In this document: positions 1 through 15,360 of the stretch, piece after piece
Numbering within the stretch: the first letter of the stretch is position 1
Layout of the letters: each line of letters starts with the position of its first letter
Assembly (NCBI RefSeq): GCF_009914755.1
Contig: NC_060926.1
DNA: 64,000 nt
Direction: 5' to 3' (one strand)
DNA from: the human T2T-CHM13v2.0 reference genome, Homo sapiens
Notes under the pieces: model-generated
What the model was told of the DNA's origin: nothing
Databases searched by the model: none
Seen by the model: only the letters and a program-made list of their open reading frames with translations
Position numbers and translations under genes: made by a program

Positions 1-1576
1 CAGCCAGATTTTATCCTCGGGTAATTAATCTTGGCTTCTTGGTTACTAAGGGGAGGCTAAAAATTTGAGTTTTTATTTCTTATTCCACAACTCCCCCCAC
101 TAAGCATATAAATGTTATTAGTACATAGATTTTTTTCTAAAGTTGAGCAAGGAATTTAAGATAAAATCTTAGTGCAAAGGCTAGTTTCAGACATCCATTC
201 CCACAAATAAAGAACTAAAAAGCACAACTTTTCTGCCCTTAAAGCACCAATAATCAGCCCCCTTCTCTTTTTCTTTCTTCTCATACTGCTGTTCAGGCTT
301 AAACAGAGTACGGGGAGAGGAAGTTAGCTACAAAGATAAACTCATCAAAAGCCTGTCCTACAATTCTAATTGCCCTCTACCTGTTTGTGAATGATAGCTG
401 GGAGCAACCGCTGAAAAGCTTTGGGGGAAAAAATGCAGGGAGGAAAATAAGGCAGGGGAGAGGAGAGAGAGGAGAGGAAAGAGGAGGTAGGGTGGGGCAA
501 AGAAAAACTAGAGTGCAATTCAAACAAAAATGAAACTCTCTCTCTCTCAAACACACAAAGAGGAGGAAAATGCCCCCCCACCCCCCACCCCAGGTCCTAA
601 CAACATACTTCTTTATCAGAGGTTCATTGTCAATCAATTAGCCCAGGCAGCAGGGGTCTGTGATGGTGGGGGGCACCCAGGGAAACAATGGACAGCCCTG
701 TTGTATTACTATTTAATCACTTTTGCTAAATAAATAGAGCAGCCCCGAGGTGCTGTCATGTCAAGGGAATTTATAACAAAAAAAACTTCATTTTTCATTG
801 GTCATTACTTTTTTCCCTCCAGGACAAGAGAGGGTTATTACTGTAGCCTTAAGTTCCATCTTTGTGTTTCTTGCCTTTGATTCCCACTCAGACCCTGCCA
901 CTTTCTGGCACTAATTTGTCAGGCTGAACAAAGAGGGGATTTGTACCTCCTGTAAGGTCTCAATTAGGAATGGCTTCTGCTGTATTATGTGCCATTCAGA
1001 GAAGACACAATGCCGGTAATTACAGGAATTTGCACTAAATGGCTGAAGAATTCACAGCAAAACTTCTCCCCACCACCTCTTGGGTTTACCCCTCCCAAGG
1101 GTTGGAGGGAAAAAAAGAAAAGCAAAAAAGCTCTTAATGCCAGAGAGATGTAATTACCAACAGCAGTCCCAAGAGGTTAAACAGCAGCCAAGGAGTAAAA
1201 CCATAAAATCTGACACAGTGAAAATGGTGTAGGGGATCCCCCAGGCTCACTGTTTTTCTTGCTGTCTTTGCTGTTAACATGTTCAAATTCAGTTCAGAAT
1301 TGGGAACACTGCCCTACAGTGGGCCATCCAATTTCATCTCCAGATTACAAAACAGTCATACAAGGAACACTTCCAAAGGTGAGCTTTGCATCTCTTGTCA
1401 CACTCAGAAACAAGTCCTTGGGCCCTTTTATTATAGTACTCAATTGCAAGGTTTCTTGATTGCTAGGAAATTATAGGAAAAATATCTGTGTGTGCTAGTG
1501 CCAAGAAAACTATGTATCTATTAAGTGCAAATAGGTAGGTACAAATGTCAAATTCCTAAAGAAAACAGAGCTGCTT

Positions 1577-1829
1577 AGATAGGAGGAATAAGTTCTAGTG
1601 TTCAATAGCACTATAGGATGACTATAGTTAACAATAATACGTAGTTTCAAATACCTAGAAGGGAGATACTGAATGTTCCCAACACAAAGAAATGATAAAT
1701 GTTTGAGATAATGGATATGCTAATTACCCTGATCTGATCACTATACATATGTATTGCAATATCACTATGTACCCCATAAAGATGTATATTGTGTCAATTA
1801 AAACTTTTTTTAACTAAAAAAAAAAAAAG
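1577..1829 (+). mobile_element. L1MA-type 3' end fragment
   Basis: gataggaggaataagttctagtgttc...atgtaccccataaa followed by an A tail. Confidence 0.75.
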
Positions 1830-2548
1830 AGCTATTGCCTTAATCTAATTTATATGGCATTTTGTGAATAACCTAATATAGAATCACATACAGGTACACA
1901 CTTCATAAATATTTTAATAAGCTGTATAGTCATTTGTTTTAGCATTAATACTATAGCACCACAGATTCCCCATTGCCAAACACAATTTTAAACCTCAACC
2001 AGTAATTTCACCGAAGAAGCATGCCTCATTTGCTGCTACAGGTGTCCCCGAAAAGCTGTACCACCAAATTAACTGTTCCTACATACCATTCCCATCATGT
2101 GCTTCTCTGCTCAAGAACCTTCTGTGACTTCAGGGTCAAACATAAAATGTAATCTGAACTGTCTTTACTTTTATAGGTCAAAAATGACTGAAAAATCTGC
2201 AATTTCACATAGTTCTACCTGGCACCATCTCTGAGAGTTCTCTAACCCAATGCATGGGCGTCACATCTGTAGCAATTGTCACAGCTGCCTTTTGACATTC
2301 ACTGATGTGATTATTTGATTCATGTCTTCCCTAGTGGACTGCAAATTTCATGAAGGCAAGGACCATGTCTGCTTTCCTCCAGCACTGACCCATCTAGGTG
2401 CATCCAAGTTTCTGGGCACACAATAAATGACAGAATGAATGAAACAACTAAGTTTTCAAATTTCAAGAAGTAGAACTAGCAAGTGTAAGGGTCCTAGAGG
2501 TAGGCATGATAATAGTAGGTTCCAGGAACAGCAAGAAGACCACTATAA

Positions 2549-2857
2549 GGCTGGGCACAGTGGCTTACGCCTGTCATCCCAGCACTTTGGGAGGCCGGGG
2601 GGCGGGGGGGCGGTGGATCATGAGGTCAGGAGTTCGAGACCAGCTTGACCAACATGGCAAAACCCCGTCTCTACTAAAAATACAAAAATTAGCCGGGCCT
2701 GGTGGCACACGCCTGTAATCCCAGCTACAAGGAAGGATGAGGCAAGAGAATCACTTGAACCCAGGAGGCGGAGGTTGCAGTGAGCCGAGATCATAACACT
2801 GCACTCCAGCCTGGGCAACAGGGCGAGACTCCGTCTCAAAAAAAAAAAAAAAAAAAG
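2549..2857 (+). mobile_element. AluS with a G-run expansion
   Basis: Dimeric Alu, A tail, TSD aagaagaccactat. Confidence 0.95.
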
Positions 2858-3704
2858 AAGACCACTATGGCTGGGGCTTCCTAAGCTCAGTGCAACCCTG
2901 GAGCTGCAGAAGAAGCCACGGAACAGTCACACATAATCAGATACAACTATCAAAAATCAAGTACACATTTAAGAAATATACCGTTATGTATCAGCATATA
3001 TTTTTAAAACCATAACCTCAGGCATTTTTGCATAACCATGGTCCATTTTTTTCTGCAGGGCTGTTTAAATTTTAAAGAAGGATATAGAAAATTCTTCACT
3101 TACAGAAATAATTTAATGAAATAAGGCCAATTGCACTATTTTGTAGATTTAAAAGCCAACATTTGTGGCTCCCCTGAATAGCAAGTAAATGACATCATAA
3201 CAAAGAGCTACTCCATACAATCTTCCACTTCTAAAGTTTATTCATCCAAACTATTTAAAGGGGGAAGAACTAAGTAGACATAAAAACTTATAAAGGGGCA
3301 CACTAAAACCATGAAATACAGTGAATTAGCCTCTCCTTAAAATAATACGTAAAGCCAAAACTCATCAAAAACAATGTGCTGAAGTTTTTGGCATTTTGGA
3401 AGATCAACATGCTATGCCACCAGCTTTTTCACTGAAGGTGTGTTTTTATGAGGATGCAAAGTTAGAAGACATAGGTACAAAAGGAAGAAGCAGCTGGTTT
3501 AGATTAACTGTGTTTGTGAGAAACACAGATCAATTTTTAACGTTCCATCTGCTATAATAATCTCTGATATAATGAACAGTCTCCCAGGTAATTTAAAAAA
3601 CATTCAGAAGTTTGCTTAACAGGTTTTGGCCTTTTTCTTTTGAGACTCTGCCCCCTACAGGAGATCAGGAAATAAAGTATTCTTACCTAGAAAACCAGAG
3701 TTCA

Positions 3705-4014
<310 letters not shown>

Positions 4015-5086
4015 AAACCAGAGTTCAAGTGCTGGTATGAAAAACAACCTGGTAAACCACAAGTATCACAAAGCAACTGAATGCAGCACTTTCTGAGGGA
4101 AGAAAGGGCATATAAATGGAACAGCTTTTCTTTCTTTTCTTTTTTTTTGGAATGTGCCACACTATACAAAATAAGACTGACTTCTCCCTGTCCCAAATTA
4201 GAAACCTGTCTCTCTCTGCCCCGTTCGTTAAAACTCCGAACCAAAGCACAAAGTTAAAAGTCAAGCAGTGCAAATAAATTTTAGACTGCCTTCCTCCCCT
4301 GATTCCGTACTACTACCCTTACCCAACCTATCCTCCACAAGCCAAATTTCGTGAGCACAAAATTTAGACAGCAAAGGGAAGCATCCTATCATATGGAACC
4401 TAACTAAGGCAGCTGCCAGAAATTTCTATTCCTGCCCATTATATTATAATAATACGTTTCCTGTTCTTTTCTACTCAGCTTCCTTCTCCTTCTTTTGCTC
4501 ACTTTTCTTTTTTTCCTGATTTCATTTCTCCAGCTGCCGGATGCGAATGAGCTTGCTGAATGGCACCTTCTTACCTACATTTCTCCTTCCTCTTGAGTGT
4601 CAGGAATGCTACGAATGCAGTGCAGAGCATGGGCAGTGCACACTCCATCAGAAGGCACACTTCTGAGAGGGAGGTGAATTAGGCAATACCTCTTGTGAAA
4701 TACCTGAGGCTTTTCTTCCCTCTTTTACTAGAAAGTTTCTTGATTCAGCTACTCCAATCTCCACATCTTGAGAACTAAGCTGAGCTGTTCTTCCTTACTC
4801 CAATAACACAACAGATTTGCTGACCACGTCTGTAATCTAAAGCCACGGAAGTGTACCATAATTCCAGGATGTCCAGAGTAAGCACTTAGTAAATTATTAT
4901 TGAATGTCTGAACTTAAAAATATATGTACTAGTATAAGACACTGAAATGTCAGTAATTTCTATTTTTTTAAAAAACTGCTAAAACTAGTATCTCATCATT
5001 TCAAAACCATTTTCCAAAAGTATCTGGGTGACTTAACACAGGTCTTTCATACCTACAGATACATATATATAAACTAGTAGAGCTTC

Positions 5087-5378
5087 TTTTTTTTTTTTTT
5101 GAGATGGAGTCTCACTCTGTCAACCAGGCTGGAGTGCAGTGGTGCAATCTCAGCTCACTGAAACCTCCGCCTCCCAGGTTCAAGCGATTCTCCTGCTCAG
5201 CCTCCCGAGTAGCTGGGATTACAGGCGCCCACCACCACACCCGGCTAATTTTGTATTTTTAGTAGAGACGGGGTTTCACCATATTGGCCAGGCTGGTCTC
5301 GAACTCCTGACCTTGTGATCCGCCCGCCTCGGCCTCCCAAAGTGCTGGGATTACAGGTGTGAGCCACCGCGCCCAGTC
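5087..5378 (-). mobile_element. AluS
   Basis: Poly-T first, then reverse Alu; TSD tagtagagcttctt. Confidence 0.95.
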
Positions 5379-5833
5379 TAGTAGAGCTTCTTAACTGGCT
5401 CAGTGTTTCTGGTCTCTCTGATCCCACTCTGCAAGTTTCTGGTCCACAATCACTGAGGCCCTTGAGTCAAAGCAAGGATGATTCACTCAGTCCTCACTCT
5501 GGGTAATTTATTTTCCATAGAAAAGACTAGCATCATAACTAACCTAAGTTCAAAACGTGGGTTTTCAATGGCCACCTTTATTTGGCTTTTTTCAATGCAG
5601 GAGCAAGGACAAAATTTTAAATGTGGTTTTGGCTGGTGGTGAGCTTCTTGATGATTTTTAAACAACATGTTAAACCTAATAGACTTGAATTAAAACCTTC
5701 CAAATCAGATTTCCATTTAAAGCCATTCTCATGGTAAATTTAATGTCACAAACTGTGGGGTTTAATGGAAGGAAAATAATTTTATTTAGTTTATAACAGA
5801 TATCTAGATCGGGTTCAGTGAGGTTTTAAAAGC

Positions 5834-6147
5834 TTTTTTTTTTTTTTTTTTTTTTTTTTGAGATGGAGTGTCGCTCTGTCGCCCAGGCTGGAGTACAGTG
5901 GTGCAGTCTCAATCTTGGCTCACTGCAACCTCTGCCTCCTGGGTTCAAGTGATTCTCCTGCCTCAGCCTCCTGAGTAGCTGGGATTACAAGCACCCACCA
6001 CCAAGCCTGACGAATTTTTGCACTTTTAGTAGAGATGGGGTTTCACTATGTTGGCCAGGCTGGTCTTGAACTCCTGACCTCAAGTAATCCACCTGCCTTG
6101 GCCTCCCGAAGTGCTGGGATTTCAGGTGTGAGCCACTGCACCTGGCA
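5834..6147 (-). mobile_element. AluS
   Basis: Poly-T then reverse Alu. Confidence 0.95.
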
Positions 6148-6901
6148 CAATTTTTTTTTTTTTTTTTGGTAATTTTACTGTTTCAGGAAAGGTGGAAAGA
6201 ATGGGGAGTAGAGGAAAGATGAAGTAACAAGCTTTTACAAAATAAGATTGTTGACCTCAAACTCCACTTTGCATCTCATCCTTACATAGCAGTTCCAGAA
6301 GGCCTGGGCTTCCCCATGATGGGCATAAGCCCATAGTGACTCAGTGGTCATCTGCTGAATCATCATTTACTCCGCTTTTAGCCACCCCCACATTTTCTGT
6401 CAAGACTGATTTTCTAGATTTCACCTTAAGACGATTTGACAAGGTCAAGATCAATGACAGTTACTGACTGTGGCCATTTTCCTTGCCTAAGGAGTTTTAG
6501 TAGTCAGCTTTGGACTTGAATGTTTCTTATGAGACAATTTGTGACATCCATATTCACAGTGACCTTTATTCAAGAAAGCAGAGGGAATGGAATCACAGCC
6601 GACTCAGGAAACCTAAATTCTAGTCTGGTTAAGCTTTAGCCAAATCATTTTGATTCAACAGGATATATCATAGCTGCTTCTATTTACTTCAACAGCATGG
6701 GATAAAGATGGTTGTCCTTATGTTTTAATATAGTAATTTAATATAGGATGTTTTAATACAGTAAGCTTCTCGAGGAGAGATACTTTTTATAAACAGGAGA
6801 TAGCTGTGACTAGCCTATTAAGGGGATTTTTAAAGTGAATTCCAATTGTGGGGTTCAGGATTGTTCTTTAATGAGCTATAGGCTGAAAATCTGCTTCATA
6901 C

Positions 6902-7837
6902 CTGCACATTTGAAACTCTGAGCAGTGAGTCCTCGTTCCAAAGACAAAGTCGTCAAAATGCTCAGGAAGCTGGTAGTCACAGATTGGCGTTTGTTCTTCC
7001 TGAGTTCATGCCCACCCATTTGATCCTTGGGTTTGTTCCTCAGTGTGACTTGCAGGTTTTGCTCTGAACTCCTCGCCACATTGGCAGCTATCTTCAGAGC
7101 CTCCATCCATTCCTGAGCCCTCTGTCGGGTCTCAGCTCGGAGGCGAAGGACATCCTGGGGGAAAATGACTTGAAAGCAAGAGTCGCAGCCATCCAGGTTG
7201 TCCATCTGGACAGCCAGACACACGTCCACGTTGTAGCTCAACAGTGGATCCTCGTCTAGCTTGCCAGGCTGAAAAGCCATAAGGTAAGCCCTGCTCAGCA
7301 CAAATGTAAATGCCTTCCAGTTGTTTTGGACAGTCAGCCTGTAGAGAGTCCCTGATTTGAGGATGTTTTGGTACTGTTTGGAGCTGTCCAGGACAGGGGA
7401 CGGTGGCAGCAGCCCACTGGTTTTCTTCTGGAAACTATGATTCTGTGTATAGTCATCATGATGGCCAAGCCCTGGTGAGATTGTCAGCTCATTCTGCCGC
7501 CCCATGTAACCGGGCACAGCAGCATGCACTACTTCCCAAAGCTTCTGTCCCCAGTCCAAAGCCTCCCATGGTGACTCTGCCTTTAGCTGTAGCTGAGTGT
7601 TGTCATACAAAACAGTATCCACCATCCTGGCCTCCAGGTTGCCTAAAACAGATATGCTCTGGAAGTGTGAAAGCTGGTACGTGGCATAAAGGTTTTGATT
7701 CCCACTGCTGTCGAGGCTGTAGAAGTATAAGTTGTAAGGTGAAAGTTCTGCATAACAGCTTTGCCAGTAACTGTCATGGTCCTTTCTAATCTCCAGGTAA
7801 CCCTTCTTTAGAATGTTTGGGAATGTCTGCTTGTGTT
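6902..7837 (-). CDS. PLEKHM3: PLEKHM3 exon 3, two pleckstrin homology domains and the start of the Rubicon-homology/Zn-finger region
   Basis: Acceptor ttttcctttctag|AACAC at 7838/7837, donor GCAG|GTATGA at 6902/6901; 936 nt. PH motifs [10 protein letters not shown]...EALDWGQKL and [10 protein letters not shown]...AQEWMEAL; joins exon 2 as G|AA (Glu). Confidence 0.96.
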
Positions 7838-8054
7838 CTAGAAAGGAAAAGAGAGGCAAAGTATTGATTAGAATTAGTTATAAGAAGGCAGGCACAAGAA
7901 ACCACACAGATCAGGGCACAAGAAACCACACAGATCAGGGACTGACAGTCTTCTGGTTCAAATTAAACAAAATAAAAGTAGTAGAATCCCACGATGGTAC
8001 CTAACTGGCAAGAAATAGCCGGGGAAATCTCGAGTCTAAAAACTGTAACTAGGA

Positions 8055-8358
8055 GGCTGGGTGCGGTGGCACACACTTCTAATCCCAGCATTTTGGGAGG
8101 CCAAGGTGGGAGGGATTGCTTGAGCCCAGGAGTTCAAGACCAACCTAGGCAACATAGTGAGAGCCCGTCTCTATAAAAAATTAAAAAATTAGCTGGGCAT
8201 GGTGGCACATGCCTGTAGCCCTAGCTACTCAGGAGGCTGAGGTAGGAGGATCACTTCAGCCTGGAGGTTGGAGCTGCAGTGAGCCATAATCATGCCACTG
8301 TACTCCAGCCTGAGTGACACAGCAAGACTCTGTCTTAAAAGTAAAATAAAAATAAAAA
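8055..8358 (+). mobile_element. AluJ
   Basis: gggattgcttgagcccaggagttcaagacc J-type diagnostics. Confidence 0.93.
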
Positions 8359-8562
8359 CTAGAACTAGGGTGGAATCACATGTACAAGAATAAGTATGGG
8401 GCATGGAACGTGCAACATCAACGGAGCGTGCAACATCAACGTGAGATGCAGAGGTCTGTGTAGAAAACAGAAATACTGGAACAACTGTGACTAGTTATGC
8501 CTTGTGAATCTAGGAACCAATCACGCTTTGCCAGGGTTCCATGTTTTCTAGGTAACAGTCTA

Positions 8563-8642
8563 TTAGGGTGGTGCAAAAGTAATTGCGGTTTTTACCATTA
8601 CTTTTAACGGTAAAAACCGCAATTACTTTTGCACCAACCTAA
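8563..8642. mobile_element. MADE1 mariner-derived MITE (miR-548-type hairpin)
   Basis: 80-bp palindrome ttagggtggtgcaaaagtaattgcggttttt...aaaaaccgcaattacttttgcaccaacctaa; TA at the left flank. Confidence 0.93.
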
Positions 8643-9503
8643 CAGTACCAAATACACAAGAGAGAACGTGCCTTCCGCCACTGGACCTAACTCCCTGCTA
8701 ATACTTTTATCTTCCCTCAGGTTGGTAAAGCGAGGAAGGGTCAATGAATAGGAGCGAGCATAAAATGTGCTGCTCACAAACTCTCATTTCTCAGAAACCT
8801 TCAGCAGCCCTCCAGGCCAGTTCATGGGCCTTCTGTCTAGTAATCAGAGATCCAAGCTTGACTCGACTAGTTCACTTTTTAGGTCTCTGCTTAGATGGCC
8901 GTTTTCTCTCTGAGCCTGACTGTGCTTATGCTGTCCCCTGAGCTTGCAATGCTCCTTCCACAGGCTTCAATCAGCAACTGCACACTTACCCTCTTTCAGA
9001 GAGTCTGTCCTGATTCCCCAACCTCGCCTACACACATGCATGCATGCCTGAGTCAGTATCAGGTATCACTACTAAATTATTCTTCTATCATGGGCTCTTA
9101 GTTCAGGCTATATTATAATAGCTTATTTACATGTCTGAACAAATAAAATAAGTCTTAAATTTTTTTTAAGGCTGTCTTTCCTGCTGGACAATCAGTTCCA
9201 CTAAGGGCAAGGGTAAGATCTGTCTTTTCATTCTTAGACCACAGAACATTGAACATTGCCTTGTACATAGTAGGTACTTAATAAGTACTTGTTGAATTAG
9301 AAATAAGGTACCTAGCACAATGCTCAGCACATAGTAGGTATAATTCCCCTCCTATCTTCTTTTCTCCCTTCCCCTCTGTTTTACAAGTCATGCCATCCGT
9401 AATCAATGATTAGCTGCAATATATACTAGTTTAGTACTTAATAAAAGGGGATTATCACTTGAGAGATTTCCTGACATTCTTATCAGACATGAAAATGACA
9501 TCC

Positions 9504-9812
<309 letters not shown>

Positions 9813-10814
9813 AAATGACATCCATGTGAAGGATGTCAATCATCTCCTCCCTGGTAGAGACTTTAATTTCTGAAATGTTTCTCAATCTCTTTGCCAACAC
9901 ACATTGGAGACAGTCATAAACTAATTGAGACATTCCCTAAAAAAGATAAATCATACTGCCAAAGGGTATGATTTCTGCTTTTGGCTAAAGATTTCTGCTT
10001 TTGACTAAAGAAAAAAGAGTAATACAGGTCTAGATCTTAAAATAGCAAACCAAAAGAGAAAAGGAGAGAAATGAGGCTGAGAAAAGCCAGTTTTACCTGC
10101 TTTACATCTCTGGTCCTGACATTCATTAGTATTTCTGTGGTAACTCAAAAGCCATTAATTTCTTGCAACCCACACTAATCCCTTTGTAGAAAGAGATAAT
10201 GGATGCCTATTTGCAGGTTATCTTTCTCTTCTGATAATGCAATAAGGGAGGCAGTGCTGTTAGCGACACTGCTGCCACCTCTCCTGATCTCATTTCCATC
10301 AAGCACTGATGATAGTTCAATCTTTTCCACAATAAGACTTAAAACTATGTGTCCCTCTATCCCCATCCCTACTGTGACCCAAAGGCTCAGCTGAGTCTGC
10401 TGAGTAAAATAAAAACCACCTCTCCTGCTTTTAGCTAGGAATTTTCCTCCCCTCTTCTTATCTCCCTGTGAGCTTTTAATAACAGCTCCCAGGAATTAAA
10501 AATTCTACTTTAATTGGGCCCAAACCAGCAGCAAGCCTGGCTAAAACCTCACTTCTTTCTAACTATATGAGCTAGGGTGGCAGGTGCCAGCTTGGGTGGA
10601 CTGAATGAGAAGACCGGCGAGGGAATCTTCAAGGTTCCCTCACCTTCTAGATGCAGAAGAAGAAAAAATGCACTGGGTACCAACATTTTTTCCCCACTCA
10701 CTAAGCAACATTTCCTATCTCTGTTCTCCCAACTCAGCTTCAGCCCTCTTTAAGTGGTACATTAAATTGAAACAGAAAATAAAAACTGTGAATCCTAGAA
10801 TCCTAGGAAATGGC

Positions 10815-11036
10815 CTTTTATTTATTTTTATTTTTTGAAACAAGGTTTTACTCTGTCACCCAGACTGGAGTGCAATGGCGTTATCATGACTCACTGCAGC
10901 CTTGACCTCCCAGGCTCAAGCAATCCTCTCACCTCAGCCTCCCAGCCAGCTGAGAATACAGGTACATGCCACCACACCTGGCTAATTTTTGTATATTTTT
11001 AATAGAGACAGGGTTTCACCATATTGCCAAGGCTGG
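10815..11036 (-). mobile_element. 5'-truncated AluJ
   Basis: Reverse right arm plus part of the left arm. Confidence 0.9.
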
Positions 11037-11096
11037 GGAAATGGTGTATTCTTACAGGCTGCTGTTTGTCATGTAATTTTTTGAAAAATAAGAATC

Positions 11097-11420
<324 letters not shown>

Positions 11421-11599
11421 AATAGCAAAGGTGATCAGGAAGCTATTTTCTGGAGTATCCATTCCTCTCTGGAGGATCTGTCTATATCATACCTTATTAA
11501 TATATTGTGTATGATATAAAAGTTATATATCTGATCATAAAGGGCTAGAGAACTACCATCTCTCTTTAATCTCTAACAATTCTTTCTACTGGATCTGAA

Positions 11600-11909
<310 letters not shown>

Positions 11910-12438
11910 TAATATTTTTGCTACTGACAAATCAGAAGCTATGTATTTAAATCTAAATTTTCATTAATTTACCATAGTTCACTTTTTGTTTCTCTGGGCC
12001 ATATCATATCAACTCATTTAATTAACCCCACACATATTCTTTTAAAGTATTCAATTTCATAAATAATAAAATCTCACAATGACTAATTTGATAAATGAAT
12101 AATATCATATAATAATGAAGTGAAAGTGTTTGACTTCATAAATGAATATCATCACAGATGAATACAGTTGACTCTTGAAAAGCATGGGTTTGAACAGTGC
12201 AGGTCCACTTATACCTGGATTTTCTTCTACCTCTGCCACGCCTGAGATAGGAAGACCAGCCCCTTCTCTTCCTCCTCAGCCTATTGAGCATGAAGATGAA
12301 GAAAATGAAGACTTTTATAACCTACTTCCACTTAATGAATAGTAAATATATTTTCTCATCCTTCTGATTATTTACTTATTTTATGGAGATGGCTATGGCC
12401 ACCATGGTGCACCTGTCAGCCTGTTTGTGATTTATTTA

Positions 12439-12534
12439 TTTCCTTCCTTCCTTCCTTCGTTCCTCCCTCCCTCCCTCCCTCACTCCCCCCCTCGCTCCCC
12501 CCCTCCCTCGCTCCCTCCTTCCTTTTCTTTCTTT

Positions 12535-12535
<1 letters not shown>
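12439..12535. repeat. (TTCC)n/(CCCT)n polypyrimidine microsatellite
   Basis: Read directly; sits at the tail of the adjacent reverse AluJ. Confidence 0.85.
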
Positions 12536-13127
<592 letters not shown>

Positions 13128-13221
13128 TGATTTTCTTAATAACGTTTTCTTTTCTCTGCCTTACTCTATTGTAAGAATACAGTATATAATACATATAACA
13201 TACAAAATATGTGTTAATTGA

Positions 13222-13652
<431 letters not shown>

Positions 13653-14309
13653 TCAAGAGTCAACTGTAATATAATTTATTTTGCAAATGAGTAAATTATC
13701 TAATATCACAAATGATCCAGATAGGATCACGGACAGAGTATCACCATTTCCCCAAAGAAAACAGAGAAAGGTGAGCAAAACAAATCACTGTACCCATGAA
13801 TTTCATACTGAAACCACAAGACAAATTCCCCATGAAAAAGAAAAAAAAAAAAACAGAACTATTTCTCCATTGCTTTCTACTGTGGCTAATACAAAGACTT
13901 GGTTCTGTTCCTCCTCAGTGAAGATCCCCTTTTCCTTCTCCTCCTCGTCTTTACAGTATCCAGTGCAGTGGTTTCAGGACAATAAATGCTACTTACTGAA
14001 GAGGAAGAAGGGAATTTTCCCTGTCATGCACCTGATTCACTTCTCTACTGCCAACACACCAAAGAGTTCCTCTTTTGCCACTATTTCCTCTATCTGTTCT
14101 CAAAAAAGTTTCCATCCTCATGGCCACCTTCATCAAGGTTGAGTCCTCCTCCTTCCTGGCCACTTCACCCACTGTTGCCAGGCTAAACTCTCTGGGTATC
14201 TCACAGTCCCTCTCACGTCCCTCCTCAGGCTAACACTCTTCACAGGTTTCTGGGTGCCAAACAGTAAAGTCCATACTCCTTAGCTTGGCCTTCAACATTT
14301 CATTACAGA

Positions 14310-15360
<1,051 letters not shown>

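Noticed and set aside
7403-7789. 128-aa plus-strand ORF
   Set aside because: Antisense shadow of coding exon 3; non-ATG start and no independent signals.
13681-14142. 153-aa plus-strand ORF
   Set aside because: TTG start, low-complexity intronic sequence, no recognisable domain or splice structure.
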